Shown here: positions 1-8,124 of the stretch, piece after piece
Layout: each line of letters begins with the position of its first letter
Position numbering within the stretch: the stretch's first letter is position 1
Source: SAR202 cluster bacterium
Lineage (GTDB): Bacteria; Chloroflexota; Dehalococcoidia; Lucifugimonadales; UBA3495
DNA: 64,000 bases
Direction: 5' to 3'
Assembly: GCA_016872385.1 (NCBI GenBank)
Contig: VGZV01000003.1
Coordinates: 7,294-71,293 of the forward strand
The notes under the pieces: generated by a model
Database searches by the model: none
What the model saw: only the letters and a program-made list of their open reading frames with translations
Told to the model about the DNA's origin: nothing
Made by a program: the position numbers and the translations under genes

Positions 1-194
1 CCCTTATTGTGCGGGTCAAGGGCCACGAGACCAAGCCCATGTCTCCGGAAGAGGCGGTGGAAGCCATGGAGTTGCTGGGCCACGACTTTTTCTTCTTCCT
101 CAACGGCGAGACTGGAATCCACAACGTGGTTTACCGCCGACGGGAAGGCGGCTACGGGCTGATTGAGCCGGCCGCTGCTGGCGCGCCGGGTTAG
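1..194 (+). CDS. hpf: Ribosome hibernation promoting factor (long-form HPF), C-terminal dimerisation domain only; 5' part lies upstream of the window
   Basis: Frame is open to the window edge. KPMSPEEAVEAMELLGHDFFFFLNGETGIHNVVYRRREGGYGLIEP matches the conserved long-HPF C-terminal domain pattern (MELLGHDFF.F.N..T...NVVYRR..G.YGLIEP). Confidence 0.8.
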   Translation, partial: LIVRVKGHETKPMSPEEAVEAMELLGHDFFFFLNGETGIHNVVYRRREGGYGLIEPAAAGAPG

Positions 195-220
195 CCGCTG
201 CCCTCTGCTGGGAGGTCGCC

Positions 221-1345
221 ATGATTATTGGCGTGCCCAAGGAGATTAAGGACCACGAGTACCGGGTGGCGCTCACGCCCCGGGGCGCGGCGCGGTTAGT
301 GCATGAGGGGCACCGGGTGCTGGTGCAAAGCTCTGCTGGCGCGAGCAGCGGCTTTGCCGATAGAGAGTACCAGGCCGCCGGTGCGGTGCTGCTGGATACT
401 CCCGCCCAGTTGTTTGCCCAAGCTCAACTGGTGGTCAAAGTAAAAGAGCCCCTGGGGCCGGAACTGGACTTGCTGCGCCCTGGACTCACGCTGTTCACTT
501 ATCTGCACCTGGCCGCTGCTCCAGAGGCGGCCCATGCTCTTTTGAAACATAAGGTTACAGGCATCGCCTATGAAACGGTGGAACTGCCCGGAGGCGATTT
601 GCCGCTGCTTACCCCAATGAGCGAGGTAGCAGGCCGGTTAGCCGTTCAAATCGGCGCCCATTATTTGGAGAAGGCCCAGGGCGGTGCTGGCGTCCTTTTG
701 GGAGGAGTGCCGGGGGTGCTCCCCGGTCGAGTGGTGGTGCTGGGCGCTGGAACGGTGGGCAGCCATGCCGCCGCCGTGGCCCTGGGCATGGGCGCCACCG
801 TGACGCTGATTAACCGTGGTGTGGCAAGCTTGCGCCGTCTTAGTCAGGTGCTGCACGGCAGCCTGGAGACTCTGGTAGCTACTCCTGAGGCCATTGGCCC
901 GGCAGTAAAATCCGCTGACCTGGTGGTGGGGGCAGTCCTGGTTCCGGGGTGCAGGGCGCCGGTGCTGGTGACCCGGCAAATGGTAAAGGCCATGCGCCCA
1001 GGCTCGGTTATTGTGGACGTATCGGTGGACCAGGGCGGGTGTGTGGAGACGGCGCGGCCCACCAGCCACAGCAACCCGGTTTACGTTGCAGAAGGGGTCA
1101 TCCACTACTGTGTGCCCAACATGCCGGGCGCGGTGCCCCGAACTTCCACCCAGGCTTTGTGCAATGCCACCCTGCCCTACATTGCCAACATGGCGCGCTA
1201 CGGCGTGGCGGAAAGTCTGCGCTGGGATCCGGCACTGGCCAAGGGGCTGAACACATGGGACGGGAGCCTGACCCACAGGATGGCCGCGGAAGCGCTGGGG
1301 CTGCCGGCTATTTCCCTGGAGCAAGCCCTCAGCGACAGGGCATAA
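221..1345 (+). CDS. ald: L-alanine dehydrogenase
   Basis: 374-aa ORF with GGGAGG about 5 nt upstream. N-terminus MIIGVPKEIKDHEYRVALTP and Rossmann motif VVVLGAGTVG are typical of alanine dehydrogenase. Confidence 0.9.
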   Translation: MIIGVPKEIKDHEYRVALTPRGAARLVHEGHRVLVQSSAGASSGFADREYQAAGAVLLDTPAQLFAQAQLVVKVKEPLGPELDLLRPGLTLFTYLHLAAAPEAAHALLKHKVTGIAYETVELPGGDLPLLTPMSEVAGRLAVQIGAHYLEKAQGGAGVLLGGVPGVLPGRVVVLGAGTVGSHAAAVALGMGATVTLINRGVASLRRLSQVLHGSLETLVATPEAIGPAVKSADLVVGAVLVPGCRAPVLVTRQMVKAMRPGSVIVDVSVDQGGCVETARPTSHSNPVYVAEGVIHYCVPNMPGAVPRTSTQALCNATLPYIANMARYGVAESLRWDPALAKGLNTWDGSLTHRMAAEALGLPAISLEQALSDRA

Positions 1346-1545
1346 AAAAGCCGAGCCAACCTTGTTACGGGCTGGTCGGTGCGCCCTGCGGCGTTGCTGC
1401 CCCGGCTCGGCTTTGCCCCCAGAACCTACCTGTTTCGGTTCTCGCTGGGGTTTTCGGGCAGGACTGCCGCGGGGGGAATCCCCCTTTCTTTTCCACTAAT
1501 ATTATACCATATTGGGTTCCAGATTGCCTGGAATGTTCGTCTTGG

Positions 1546-1682
1546 GTAGTGTATCCAATTAGCCCTTCGTCGTTCCGGCGCAAGCCGGAACTCAGTGGTG
1601 CGTTTCAGCCATGTCCCTAATCTGGGCACACCGACAAGTCGGGGTGCGACGAGTTGAGTCCTTAAGCAAACTGATACACTAC
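1546..1682. mobile_element. MITE-like element, family A, copy 1 (137 bp)
   Basis: Terminal inverted repeats GTAGTGTATCCAATT / CTGATACACTAC. Internal hairpins TTCCGGCGCAAGCCGGAA and CACCGACAAGTCGGGGTG. Flanked by the 10-bp direct repeat TTCGTCTTGG (1536-1545 and 1683-1692). Related copies at 38520, 52952 and 31152. Confidence 0.8.
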
Positions 1683-1692
1683 TTCGTCTTGG

Positions 1693-1950
1693 GTAGTGGT
1701 TCAGTTTGCGGTGACGGCAGGAAAGAGGTCTATCCGTCACGCCGGCGAAAGCTGTGTCCAGGTATGGGTGAGGCCAAGGCGTGCTTTACTGGATTCCGGC
1801 GCAAGCCGGAATAACGAAAAGCTGCTGAGCATGGGCACAAGAGTAGGAGCGGCGCATGCGCCGCCCCAAGGAAGGTTAAGGAGCAGATTAGATTTCTGTA
1901 CAAGGGTCTGTAAATAGCCCCCACCGCCCAGCAGGGCAAATTGACGGGCT
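1693..1950. repeat. Degenerate or expanded family A copy abutting copy 1
   Basis: Starts with the family A left end GTAGTGGTTCAGTTTGC (identical to 40721-40737) and contains the TTCCGGCGCAAGCCGGAA hairpin (about 1793-1811). The right end is not clearly recognisable (CAAATTGAC near 1936). Confidence 0.4.
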
Positions 1951-2131
1951 GCAGGCTTGTCTGTAGCATTGCGCTCACAGCCAAGGTCCATTGGCCGTTC
2001 ATATACTATTCACGGCGCAGACCCGCATTATCACGCTGCTTTGACACGCCGCCGCCAAGATAATGTTGGAATTGTCCCCGGAGTTCCCGGACTGAAGCTA
2101 AAGTGCAAATTCGTCTTTCAGGAGTGCATTT

Positions 2132-3340
2132 ATGCAGACATCTGGACCAGTCAAGGCTAGTGCCGAGGCCTTGCGCGGCTTGATTCCGCTGGCCCGGTCT
2201 CCCCAGCAATTTCTGAGCGTTTACATGCAGGTCCCCGCCAACGACGATACCATGAACGGCCTGCGTTTGCGTCTGGCCTCCCGGTTGGAAAACCTTGCTC
2301 AGGAGTTGGCTGGCACACCTCTGGCCAAGGCCTTCACCGAAGAACGTCGTGCACTGGAAGGTTTCGTCAAGTCCGTGCGGCCCGGCGGCTCCAGCCTGGC
2401 CATCATCAGTTCCAAGGAAGCGGGGGTGTGGAGCGCGATGTGGCTGCCCAACTCGGCGGAGGACCACGTCCGGTTTGGCCGGGGAGCCTATATATTGCCC
2501 CTGGTGGATGCGCTGGACGAGTGGGAGCCGGTGGGTCTGGTGGAAGTGCATAAGGACAAGGCGCGCATCCTGGTGCTGGAGGCAGACCGGGTTTCCGAAT
2601 CCCACCACTTTGAGGCCGACGTACCTGGCAAGAATCGGGTGGGCGGTGGCGCCGGGGCCAGGTATCGTCCTGGGAGCATCGGGGCTGAAGCCCAGCATTC
2701 CGCGGGGGGTGGGGCGGCTGCGCGGTATGAGCGGCATGTCCAGACCCACGTGGACCAGCACCTTAAAGAGGTGGCCCACGAACTGGATGAAACAGTCCGG
2801 CGCACCAATCTGCGGCGCATTTTTGTCGCTGGCGCCGTAGAGTCACGGACCCAGTTCAGGACGCACCTGAACCATGAACTGGCCGCCAAGCTTATGGGAG
2901 ACTTGCCGGTCAACCCCCGGGGTGGGGACGCGGCCTTGATTGGCCAGTTGTCCCAGGCCTCCCGCCAGGCTGAGCGGGACCAGGAACTGGCCCTGATCCA
3001 GGAGATTGTGACCAGGGCTGAGAAAAATCAGGGTGCGGTGGCGGGTATTGCGCCAACGCTGGCGGCCCTCCAAGACCGTCAGGTCAGGACCCTGGTGCTG
3101 GCCCCAGAGACCAGCCAAGAGGGACGCCAGTGCCCTGCCTGCGAACGGTTGCTTCCCCCGGAAGACATTGTCTGCCCGCGCTGTGACGCCAAGACTCGGC
3201 GGGTGAACTTGTGGGAGGAGCTTCCTGCGGCGGCGATGTCCCTGGATGTGGCTCTGGAGTTGGTGCACGGACAGGCCGCCTCCGACTTGTGGGCCTACGA
3301 GGGAATTGGCGGCTTGTTGAAGCCGCCTGCCGCCCATTAA
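2132..3340 (+). CDS. eRF1/Pelota-like protein (bacterial aeRF1-type, baeRF1) with C-terminal zinc ribbon
   Basis: 402-aa ORF. N-terminal FLSVYMQVP, then PLVDALDEWEPVGLVEVHKDKARILVL, then C-terminal GAVAGIAPTLAALQDRQVRTLVL. These follow the layout I recall for bacterial eRF1-like families and the eRF1/Pelota domain 3. CPAC-x13-CPRC lies near the C-terminus. No GGQ motif seen. Confidence 0.6.
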   Translation: MQTSGPVKASAEALRGLIPLARSPQQFLSVYMQVPANDDTMNGLRLRLASRLENLAQELAGTPLAKAFTEERRALEGFVKSVRPGGSSLAIISSKEAGVWSAMWLPNSAEDHVRFGRGAYILPLVDALDEWEPVGLVEVHKDKARILVLEADRVSESHHFEADVPGKNRVGGGAGARYRPGSIGAEAQHSAGGGAAARYERHVQTHVDQHLKEVAHELDETVRRTNLRRIFVAGAVESRTQFRTHLNHELAAKLMGDLPVNPRGGDAALIGQLSQASRQAERDQELALIQEIVTRAEKNQGAVAGIAPTLAALQDRQVRTLVLAPETSQEGRQCPACERLLPPEDIVCPRCDAKTRRVNLWEELPAAAMSLDVALELVHGQAASDLWAYEGIGGLLKPPAAH

Positions 3341-3393
3341 GTCGGTGGCTTTCATGCCGGTCTATCTTGTACATAAGGTTCAACGCTAGCGCC

Positions 3394-4839
3394 GTGGGGT
3401 TGCTGCTGGGGCCAATACTGGCCCTGGCAGTAGCCCTAACGCCTTTTCCTGGCTTGGCGCCCCAGGCTCATGCTCTGGCCGCAATTTTATGCCTGGTGGT
3501 GGTCTTCTGGGTTACTGAAGCCCTGCCGCTGCCGGTCACCGCGCTGCTGGGCGTGGCGGTGGCCGTCCTGCTGGGCGTGGCCGATTCCTCGGTGGCTCTA
3601 TCCTCACTGGGCAGCGAGGTGGTCTTCCTTTTCATCGGCAGCTTCATGCTAGCCCAGGCCATGTCGGTACATGGGCTGGACCGGCGGCTGGCGTACGCGC
3701 TGCTCTCCCTCCCTGGCGCCCAGCGCAGCCCGCTGCTCATGCTGCTGCTTCTGGGAGTGACGGCGGCGGGCCTTTCCATGTGGGTCAGCAATACGGCCGC
3801 CACTGCCATGCTCTTGCCAATTGCCCTGGCCATTGGCCGCCACAGCCTTGGGGAGCAGTCTGAACCTGCTGCGGCGCGGTACACTTTGGCGCTCTTGTTC
3901 ACATTGGCCTATTCTGCATCCATTGGGGGACTGGCTACCCCTGTGGGCACCCCGCCCAACTTGATTGGCATTGGCCTGATTCACACGATATTGGGCCAGG
4001 ACATCACCTTCTTCCAGTGGATGCAGATGGCGCTGCCCCTAACGCTGTTGATGTTCGTGGGAGCCTTTGGATTATTGGTGTGCCTATACCGGCCACCCCT
4101 TTGGCAGGCCGCCCGCCAGGAGGGATATTTCGAGTCACAGCGCGCCGCCCTGGGGCCGGTCACGGCGGGGGAACGCAATGTCGCAGTGGCCTTTGGCGTC
4201 GCGGTGGTCTTGTGGCTCCTGCCCGGTGCGGCGGCCCTGGCGCTGGGCCAGGACTCTGCCTTTTACCAGGAGTTGCAGCAGCGGCTGCCCGAGGGCGTGG
4301 TGGCGTTGGCCGCAGCCCTGCTATTGTTCCTGCTTCCCATAAGCTGGAAGCCGCGGCGGGCTACCCTTACCTGGGAGCAGGCGGTGGTTATTGACTGGGG
4401 CACGGTGCTGCTCTTTGCCGGGGGCATTGCCCTGGGCCGCATGATGTTGGATACGTCCCTGGCTGGTTCCCTGGGCACTGCCTTGGTGGCGGGCACCGGC
4501 CTTACAGGCGAAAGCGGCATTATAGCTGGGGCAGTGGGTGGGGCGGTGTTGGTCAGCGAGGCGGCTTCCAACACCGCTTCGGCCAACATTGTCATTCCGG
4601 TGATGACGTCCATCGCCAAATCGGCAGGAATAAATGAGCTGCTTCCTGCCTTGGGAGCCACCCTGGGCGCCAGCTTTGGGTTTATGCTTCCAGTGTCCAC
4701 GCCGCCCAACGCCCTGATTTACGGCACGCGGCAGGTGCCCATTTGGCACATGGTCCGCAATGGCGTGCTGCTGGACCTGGCGGGCGGCGTCATTCTGTGG
4801 GCCTATCTAGTTTACCTGGCTCCGGCTTGGGCCAGGTGA
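3394..4839 (+). CDS. DASS/SLC13-family anion:sodium symporter (CitT/NadC-like)
   Basis: The tracked ORF (3211) starts inside the upstream gene. An in-frame GTG at 3394 follows that gene's stop at 3340. The protein is highly hydrophobic and multi-helix, with duplicated SNTA motifs (VSNTAATAMLLP and ASNTASANIVIP) typical of DASS transporters. Confidence 0.8.
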   Translation: MGLLLGPILALAVALTPFPGLAPQAHALAAILCLVVVFWVTEALPLPVTALLGVAVAVLLGVADSSVALSSLGSEVVFLFIGSFMLAQAMSVHGLDRRLAYALLSLPGAQRSPLLMLLLLGVTAAGLSMWVSNTAATAMLLPIALAIGRHSLGEQSEPAAARYTLALLFTLAYSASIGGLATPVGTPPNLIGIGLIHTILGQDITFFQWMQMALPLTLLMFVGAFGLLVCLYRPPLWQAARQEGYFESQRAALGPVTAGERNVAVAFGVAVVLWLLPGAAALALGQDSAFYQELQQRLPEGVVALAAALLLFLLPISWKPRRATLTWEQAVVIDWGTVLLFAGGIALGRMMLDTSLAGSLGTALVAGTGLTGESGIIAGAVGGAVLVSEAASNTASANIVIPVMTSIAKSAGINELLPALGATLGASFGFMLPVSTPPNALIYGTRQVPIWHMVRNGVLLDLAGGVILWAYLVYLAPAWAR

Positions 4840-4853
4840 AGGGCCGGATTCCC

Positions 4854-5008
4854 TCAGAGCGCCTAACAAAATGAAGGACGTCATTCTGAGGAGTCCCGAT
4901 GGCGTCGGGACGACGCAGAATCTGGGGTGGGGCAAACGCCCACCACCCCAGACCCTTCGTCCTTCAGCCGAAGGACTCAGGGTGACAGCTTCGGCATTTT
5001 CTTAGGGT
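4854..5008. repeat. Mosaic hairpin repeat, family B (inverted orientation)
   Basis: Reverse complement of the unit seen at 6090-6245 and 23387-23540. Modules: GTCACCCTGAGTCCTTCGGCTGAAGGACGAAGGGTCT, GGGCGTTTGCCCCACCCCAG, GTCCCGA..TCGGGAC, CAGAATGAC. Confidence 0.85.
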
Positions 5009-5936
5009 TTCTAAGGAACTGCTCCGCCAGGCTGCAAATCCGCTCCAGCCCCTGCCGGGAAGGAATGTGCCGTCCCTCCAGAGTTTCCACAGCGGCCAGG
5101 TTGGGGAGCACGCGCCGGGCCGCTGGCGCCAGGCGCTGTTGCGGAAAGAAGAAGTCCTCTTGGGCCATTATCAGCAGTGTTGGCGCGGTGAACCGGGCCA
5201 GTTGTTCTTTGTGAAAGGGACCGGGCGGCATCACCCACCACTTGACGTGCCTGATGGTGGCATCGAACAGTTCCAGCAGTTGCGGCTCTGGTTCGGCTGC
5301 CAGCCTCTTGATGGTGGATAGCAGCAAGGCACGGCAGGGCCACAGCCGGTGCAACGTCCAAGGCAGGGCCAATTTTAGGGCCAAGGAAAGGATATTGGGA
5401 GTGATGACGCCTGCCGGAGTCACCAGCACGGCCCGCGCGATTCGTTCCGGCGCATATACGGCGGTGTCCATCAGGACGCTGGCCCCAAAGGACATGCTCA
5501 GGAACGAAGCTGTTTCCAGTCCCAGACCGTCCATAGCCTGGGCCACCCAGTGTCCGTAGTGGTGGCCTTGCCGCGGGGGACGGGTCTGGGCGCTCCAGCC
5601 GGGCTGGCCGATGGTGTCCAGGGCGTAAACCCGGTGGGACACAGCCAGTGGGTACAACAGCAGCAGAGTACGGGCTGCTCCCACGTGAATGCCGGACAGC
5701 AGCACCAGGGGCGCTCCACCCGCTGGCCCGGCAGTCAACACCCTGGTGGAGCCGTAGGAAGTGTCCACCATCTGGGACTGGCAGGGAGCTGGCAGTGCGG
5801 CCAGGAACTTCTCGTGCAAGGCCAGCACCTGCTCGCGCCCTGCTGGGCTGCGGTAGATGGACTTCTGGGACAAGGGTTGTGGTGCGACGAGCTTTACTCC
5901 TGGGTATGGCTTGGGAACAAGGATCCCGCGCCCCAT
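4977..5936 (-). CDS. Alpha/beta-fold hydrolase
   Basis: 319-aa ORF with an alpha/beta hydrolase layout: GAPLVLLSGIH oxyanion region and an SMSFGAS nucleophile-elbow-like motif. The last roughly 10 codons lie inside the family B repeat. Confidence 0.7.
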   Translation of the reverse strand: MGRGILVPKPYPGVKLVAPQPLSQKSIYRSPAGREQVLALHEKFLAALPAPCQSQMVDTSYGSTRVLTAGPAGGAPLVLLSGIHVGAARTLLLLYPLAVSHRVYALDTIGQPGWSAQTRPPRQGHHYGHWVAQAMDGLGLETASFLSMSFGASVLMDTAVYAPERIARAVLVTPAGVITPNILSLALKLALPWTLHRLWPCRALLLSTIKRLAAEPEPQLLELFDATIRHVKWWVMPPGPFHKEQLARFTAPTLLIMAQEDFFFPQQRLAPAARRVLPNLAAVETLEGRHIPSRQGLERICSLAEQFLRNPKKMPKLSP

Positions 5937-5969
5937 TGGTGGGGACTGCAGGAGACTTGGCAGTTAGTG

Positions 5970-6390
5970 AACGTCTGAAAGCCTGTGCCAAAAGTGACTG
6001 CTCATGGTTCGACAAGCTCACCACGAGCGGAGCAAAAACCGCTCTCCCGGCCCAGTCGAAGGGTGAGCATGGAAGTATCAACAACCCCTAACAAAATGCC
6101 GAGGCTGTCACCCTGAGTCCTTCGGCTGAAGGACGAAGGGTCTGGAGTGATGGGCGTTTGCCCCACCCCAGATTCTTCGTCGTCCCGATGTCATCGGGAC
6201 TCCTCAGAATGACATCCTTCATTTTGTTGTTAGGCACTCTTAGAATGTGTCTAAAAAGTGCTGTGCACTACCAGCGCTCACCCTTCGACAAGCTCAGCTC
6301 AGGGTGAGCGTCCTTCGGCTGAAGGACCGCTCGTGGTGAGCCTGTCGAACCACGAGCGCCTAGCCTTATTAGACACCCTCTCAGAGCTAT
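5970..6390. repeat. Composite array of hairpin modules (families B and C)
   Basis: Modules shared with 23390-23912, 10330-10730 and 56566-56855: CTCGTGGTGAGCCTGTCGAACCACGAGCG, CACCCTTCGACAAGCTCAG..GGGTGAGCG, GTCCTTCGGCTGAAGGAC, TTAGACACCCTCTCAGAG. Confidence 0.85.
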
Positions 6391-6569
6391 CCTAAAAACT
6401 CACCGCTGAGTACGCGGAGACCATGAGATAAAAGGAATCCGGTGCAAACTCTCCGCATTCTTTGCGCTCTCTGCGATTATTAGGGATAGGCGCTCAATGC
6501 CAGCCCCCACACCGGCAAAACTTGGCACACAAGGCAAGGCCCTGGCCCGAAGGCTGGCAGTTGCCCCCG

Positions 6570-7097
6570 TCAGCTGAGGCCTTCGGGCCGGATAATCATC
6601 ACCGGCGCAATGCGCTGCCCCACCATCTTGGCGGCATGGCTGCCCAGCACCACCCGCGACATGCCAGTGCGGCCGTGGCTCGCCATCGCGATCATGTCCA
6701 CGTTGCGCTGCCTGGCAAACTTGGCTAGCTCGGCATCCACGTCGTCACCCACCAGGGCTACCAGCTCCGGCTTAATAGGGGCAAATTTGCCTGCCAAGGT
6801 GCGGAGATAGTCCCGCGCCGTTTGGGCAACCCGGTCCAAGGCCTGACCAAAAGATTCTGCCATTGGGGGTGGAGTCACCGGTCCGGCATCGGGCAAATGC
6901 ACCCCTTCCGGAGTGTATTCGGCGCGCACCGCCTCCGCCGCCATTTCTGCGCCGCCGCTCTGGGTGCTGCGCACTTGGGAAAGCTCCACAACCTGGACCA
7001 GAAACACCTCCGCCTTGGCGTCTTTGGCCAGCTTGGCTGCAGGTCCAATGACTGCCTCCGCAAACTTGGATCCATCCAAGGCCACCATAATTTTCAT
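6570..7097 (-). CDS. Universal stress protein (single USP domain)
   Basis: MKIMVALDGS N-terminus and the ATP-binding type motif SHGRTGMSRVVLGS. Confidence 0.85.
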   Translation of the reverse strand: MKIMVALDGSKFAEAVIGPAAKLAKDAKAEVFLVQVVELSQVRSTQSGGAEMAAEAVRAEYTPEGVHLPDAGPVTPPPMAESFGQALDRVAQTARDYLRTLAGKFAPIKPELVALVGDDVDAELAKFARQRNVDMIAMASHGRTGMSRVVLGSHAAKMVGQRIAPVMIIRPEGLS

Positions 7098-7175
7098 GGT
7101 CCAGCCTCCTCAATTCAGGTCTTGCTTAAACCTGCCCTGGCGTACTGGCGGGCAAGCTCCATGATGGTATTACTA

Positions 7176-8111
7176 TTACCCGGCGGCGGACGGACGGACC
7201 ACCAACACCGGGCCTCCGGAGTTCCGCACTACCCGGTCCGCCACGCTGCCCAGCACCCACCGCCCCACTCCGGAACGCCCGTGGGTAGTCATCACCACCA
7301 GGCTGTTAACCGTGGCCTGGGCCAGGTCCAGGATGGCTCCTGCCGCATCGCCGCGGCCCACCCGTGTGCCTGCCACGGAGACCCCCTCGTTCTTGAGGCG
7401 GGCCGACACCTGGTCCAGGTATTCCGTTGCTGTATCCTCTTCCGCCTGGAGCAATTCTTCGTAGGCGGCAGAGGGGTAGTCCATCATCCCCAGGTAGTAG
7501 CCGGTGGTGGGCACTACCCGCACCAGCGTAACCTTTGCCCCCAGGGCCTTGGCCATTGCGGTGACATGGGGCAGGGCCTGTTCAGCAATGTCTGACCCGT
7601 CTACTGGGGCAATAATATTCTCGATGCGGGCCTCCGCTCCGGGCGCCAACCCATCCCTGGGGCGGATAATCAACAATGGGTTACTGGTGGCGTGCAGCAC
7701 CTTGTCCGTTACACTGCCCATGACCCACCGGGTAATACCGGAACGTCCGTGGGTGGACATGGCGATTAGCGTGTCCGGCTGGCGTTCCGCCTGGGAAACA
7801 ATCAGGTCAGCGGCACTGCCTTCCTGCACCGCCTGGGACGTGCGCAGCCCTGCCCTGGTGAGCGGGCTGGCCAGACCTTCCAGGTACTTCTTGGCCTGGC
7901 TTTGCAGCCCGGCAGAAATCTCGTGGGGGTACTTTCCCCGGAGAATGTCACCCACATTTTCGGGCACGGGTTCAGTAACCCGCAGCAAGTCAACCGTTGC
8001 TTTCAAGCCCTTGCCCAGCAGCCGGGCGTAAGGAACCACCTGCTCGGCCAACTCCGAGCCGTCCAGGGGCACCAGAATATGCCGGTACATGGTCAAGACC
8101 TCCACCATCAC
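7176..8111 (-). CDS. Tandem-domain universal stress protein
   Basis: Two USP units (HILVPLDGS...STHGRSGITRWVMGS and IIAPVDGS...TTHGRSGVGRWVLGS). The true start is probably the internal MYRHILV. Confidence 0.85.
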   Translation of the reverse strand: MMVEVLTMYRHILVPLDGSELAEQVVPYARLLGKGLKATVDLLRVTEPVPENVGDILRGKYPHEISAGLQSQAKKYLEGLASPLTRAGLRTSQAVQEGSAADLIVSQAERQPDTLIAMSTHGRSGITRWVMGSVTDKVLHATSNPLLIIRPRDGLAPGAEARIENIIAPVDGSDIAEQALPHVTAMAKALGAKVTLVRVVPTTGYYLGMMDYPSAAYEELLQAEEDTATEYLDQVSARLKNEGVSVAGTRVGRGDAAGAILDLAQATVNSLVVMTTHGRSGVGRWVLGSVADRVVRNSGGPVLVVRPSAAG

Positions 8112-8124
8112 TTAGTGCCAGATT

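Noticed and set aside
1950-2131. TTGACA followed by GATAAT upstream of the eRF1-like gene, as a promoter
   Set aside because: The spacing between the hexamers is only about 12 nt, which is outside the functional 16-18 nt range.
3211-3393. 5' extensions of tracked ORFs at 3211, 46225, 49639, 53127, 58206 and 59613
   Set aside because: Each extension overlaps an upstream gene, repeat, riboswitch or terminator. Each has an internal start with a good RBS where the family-conserved sequence begins.
6330-6360. tRNA-like GGTTCGA / TCGAACC strings
   Set aside because: They are the arms of the CTCGTGGTGAGCCTGTCGAACCACGAG repeat hairpin. There is no cloverleaf, acceptor stem or anticodon arm around them.
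6400-6569. Inverted repeat GCGGAGA...TCTCCGC and short ORFs downstream of the USP gene
   Set aside because: It is a single weak hairpin, and no family or motif is recognisable. It is probably a 3' UTR or terminator region.
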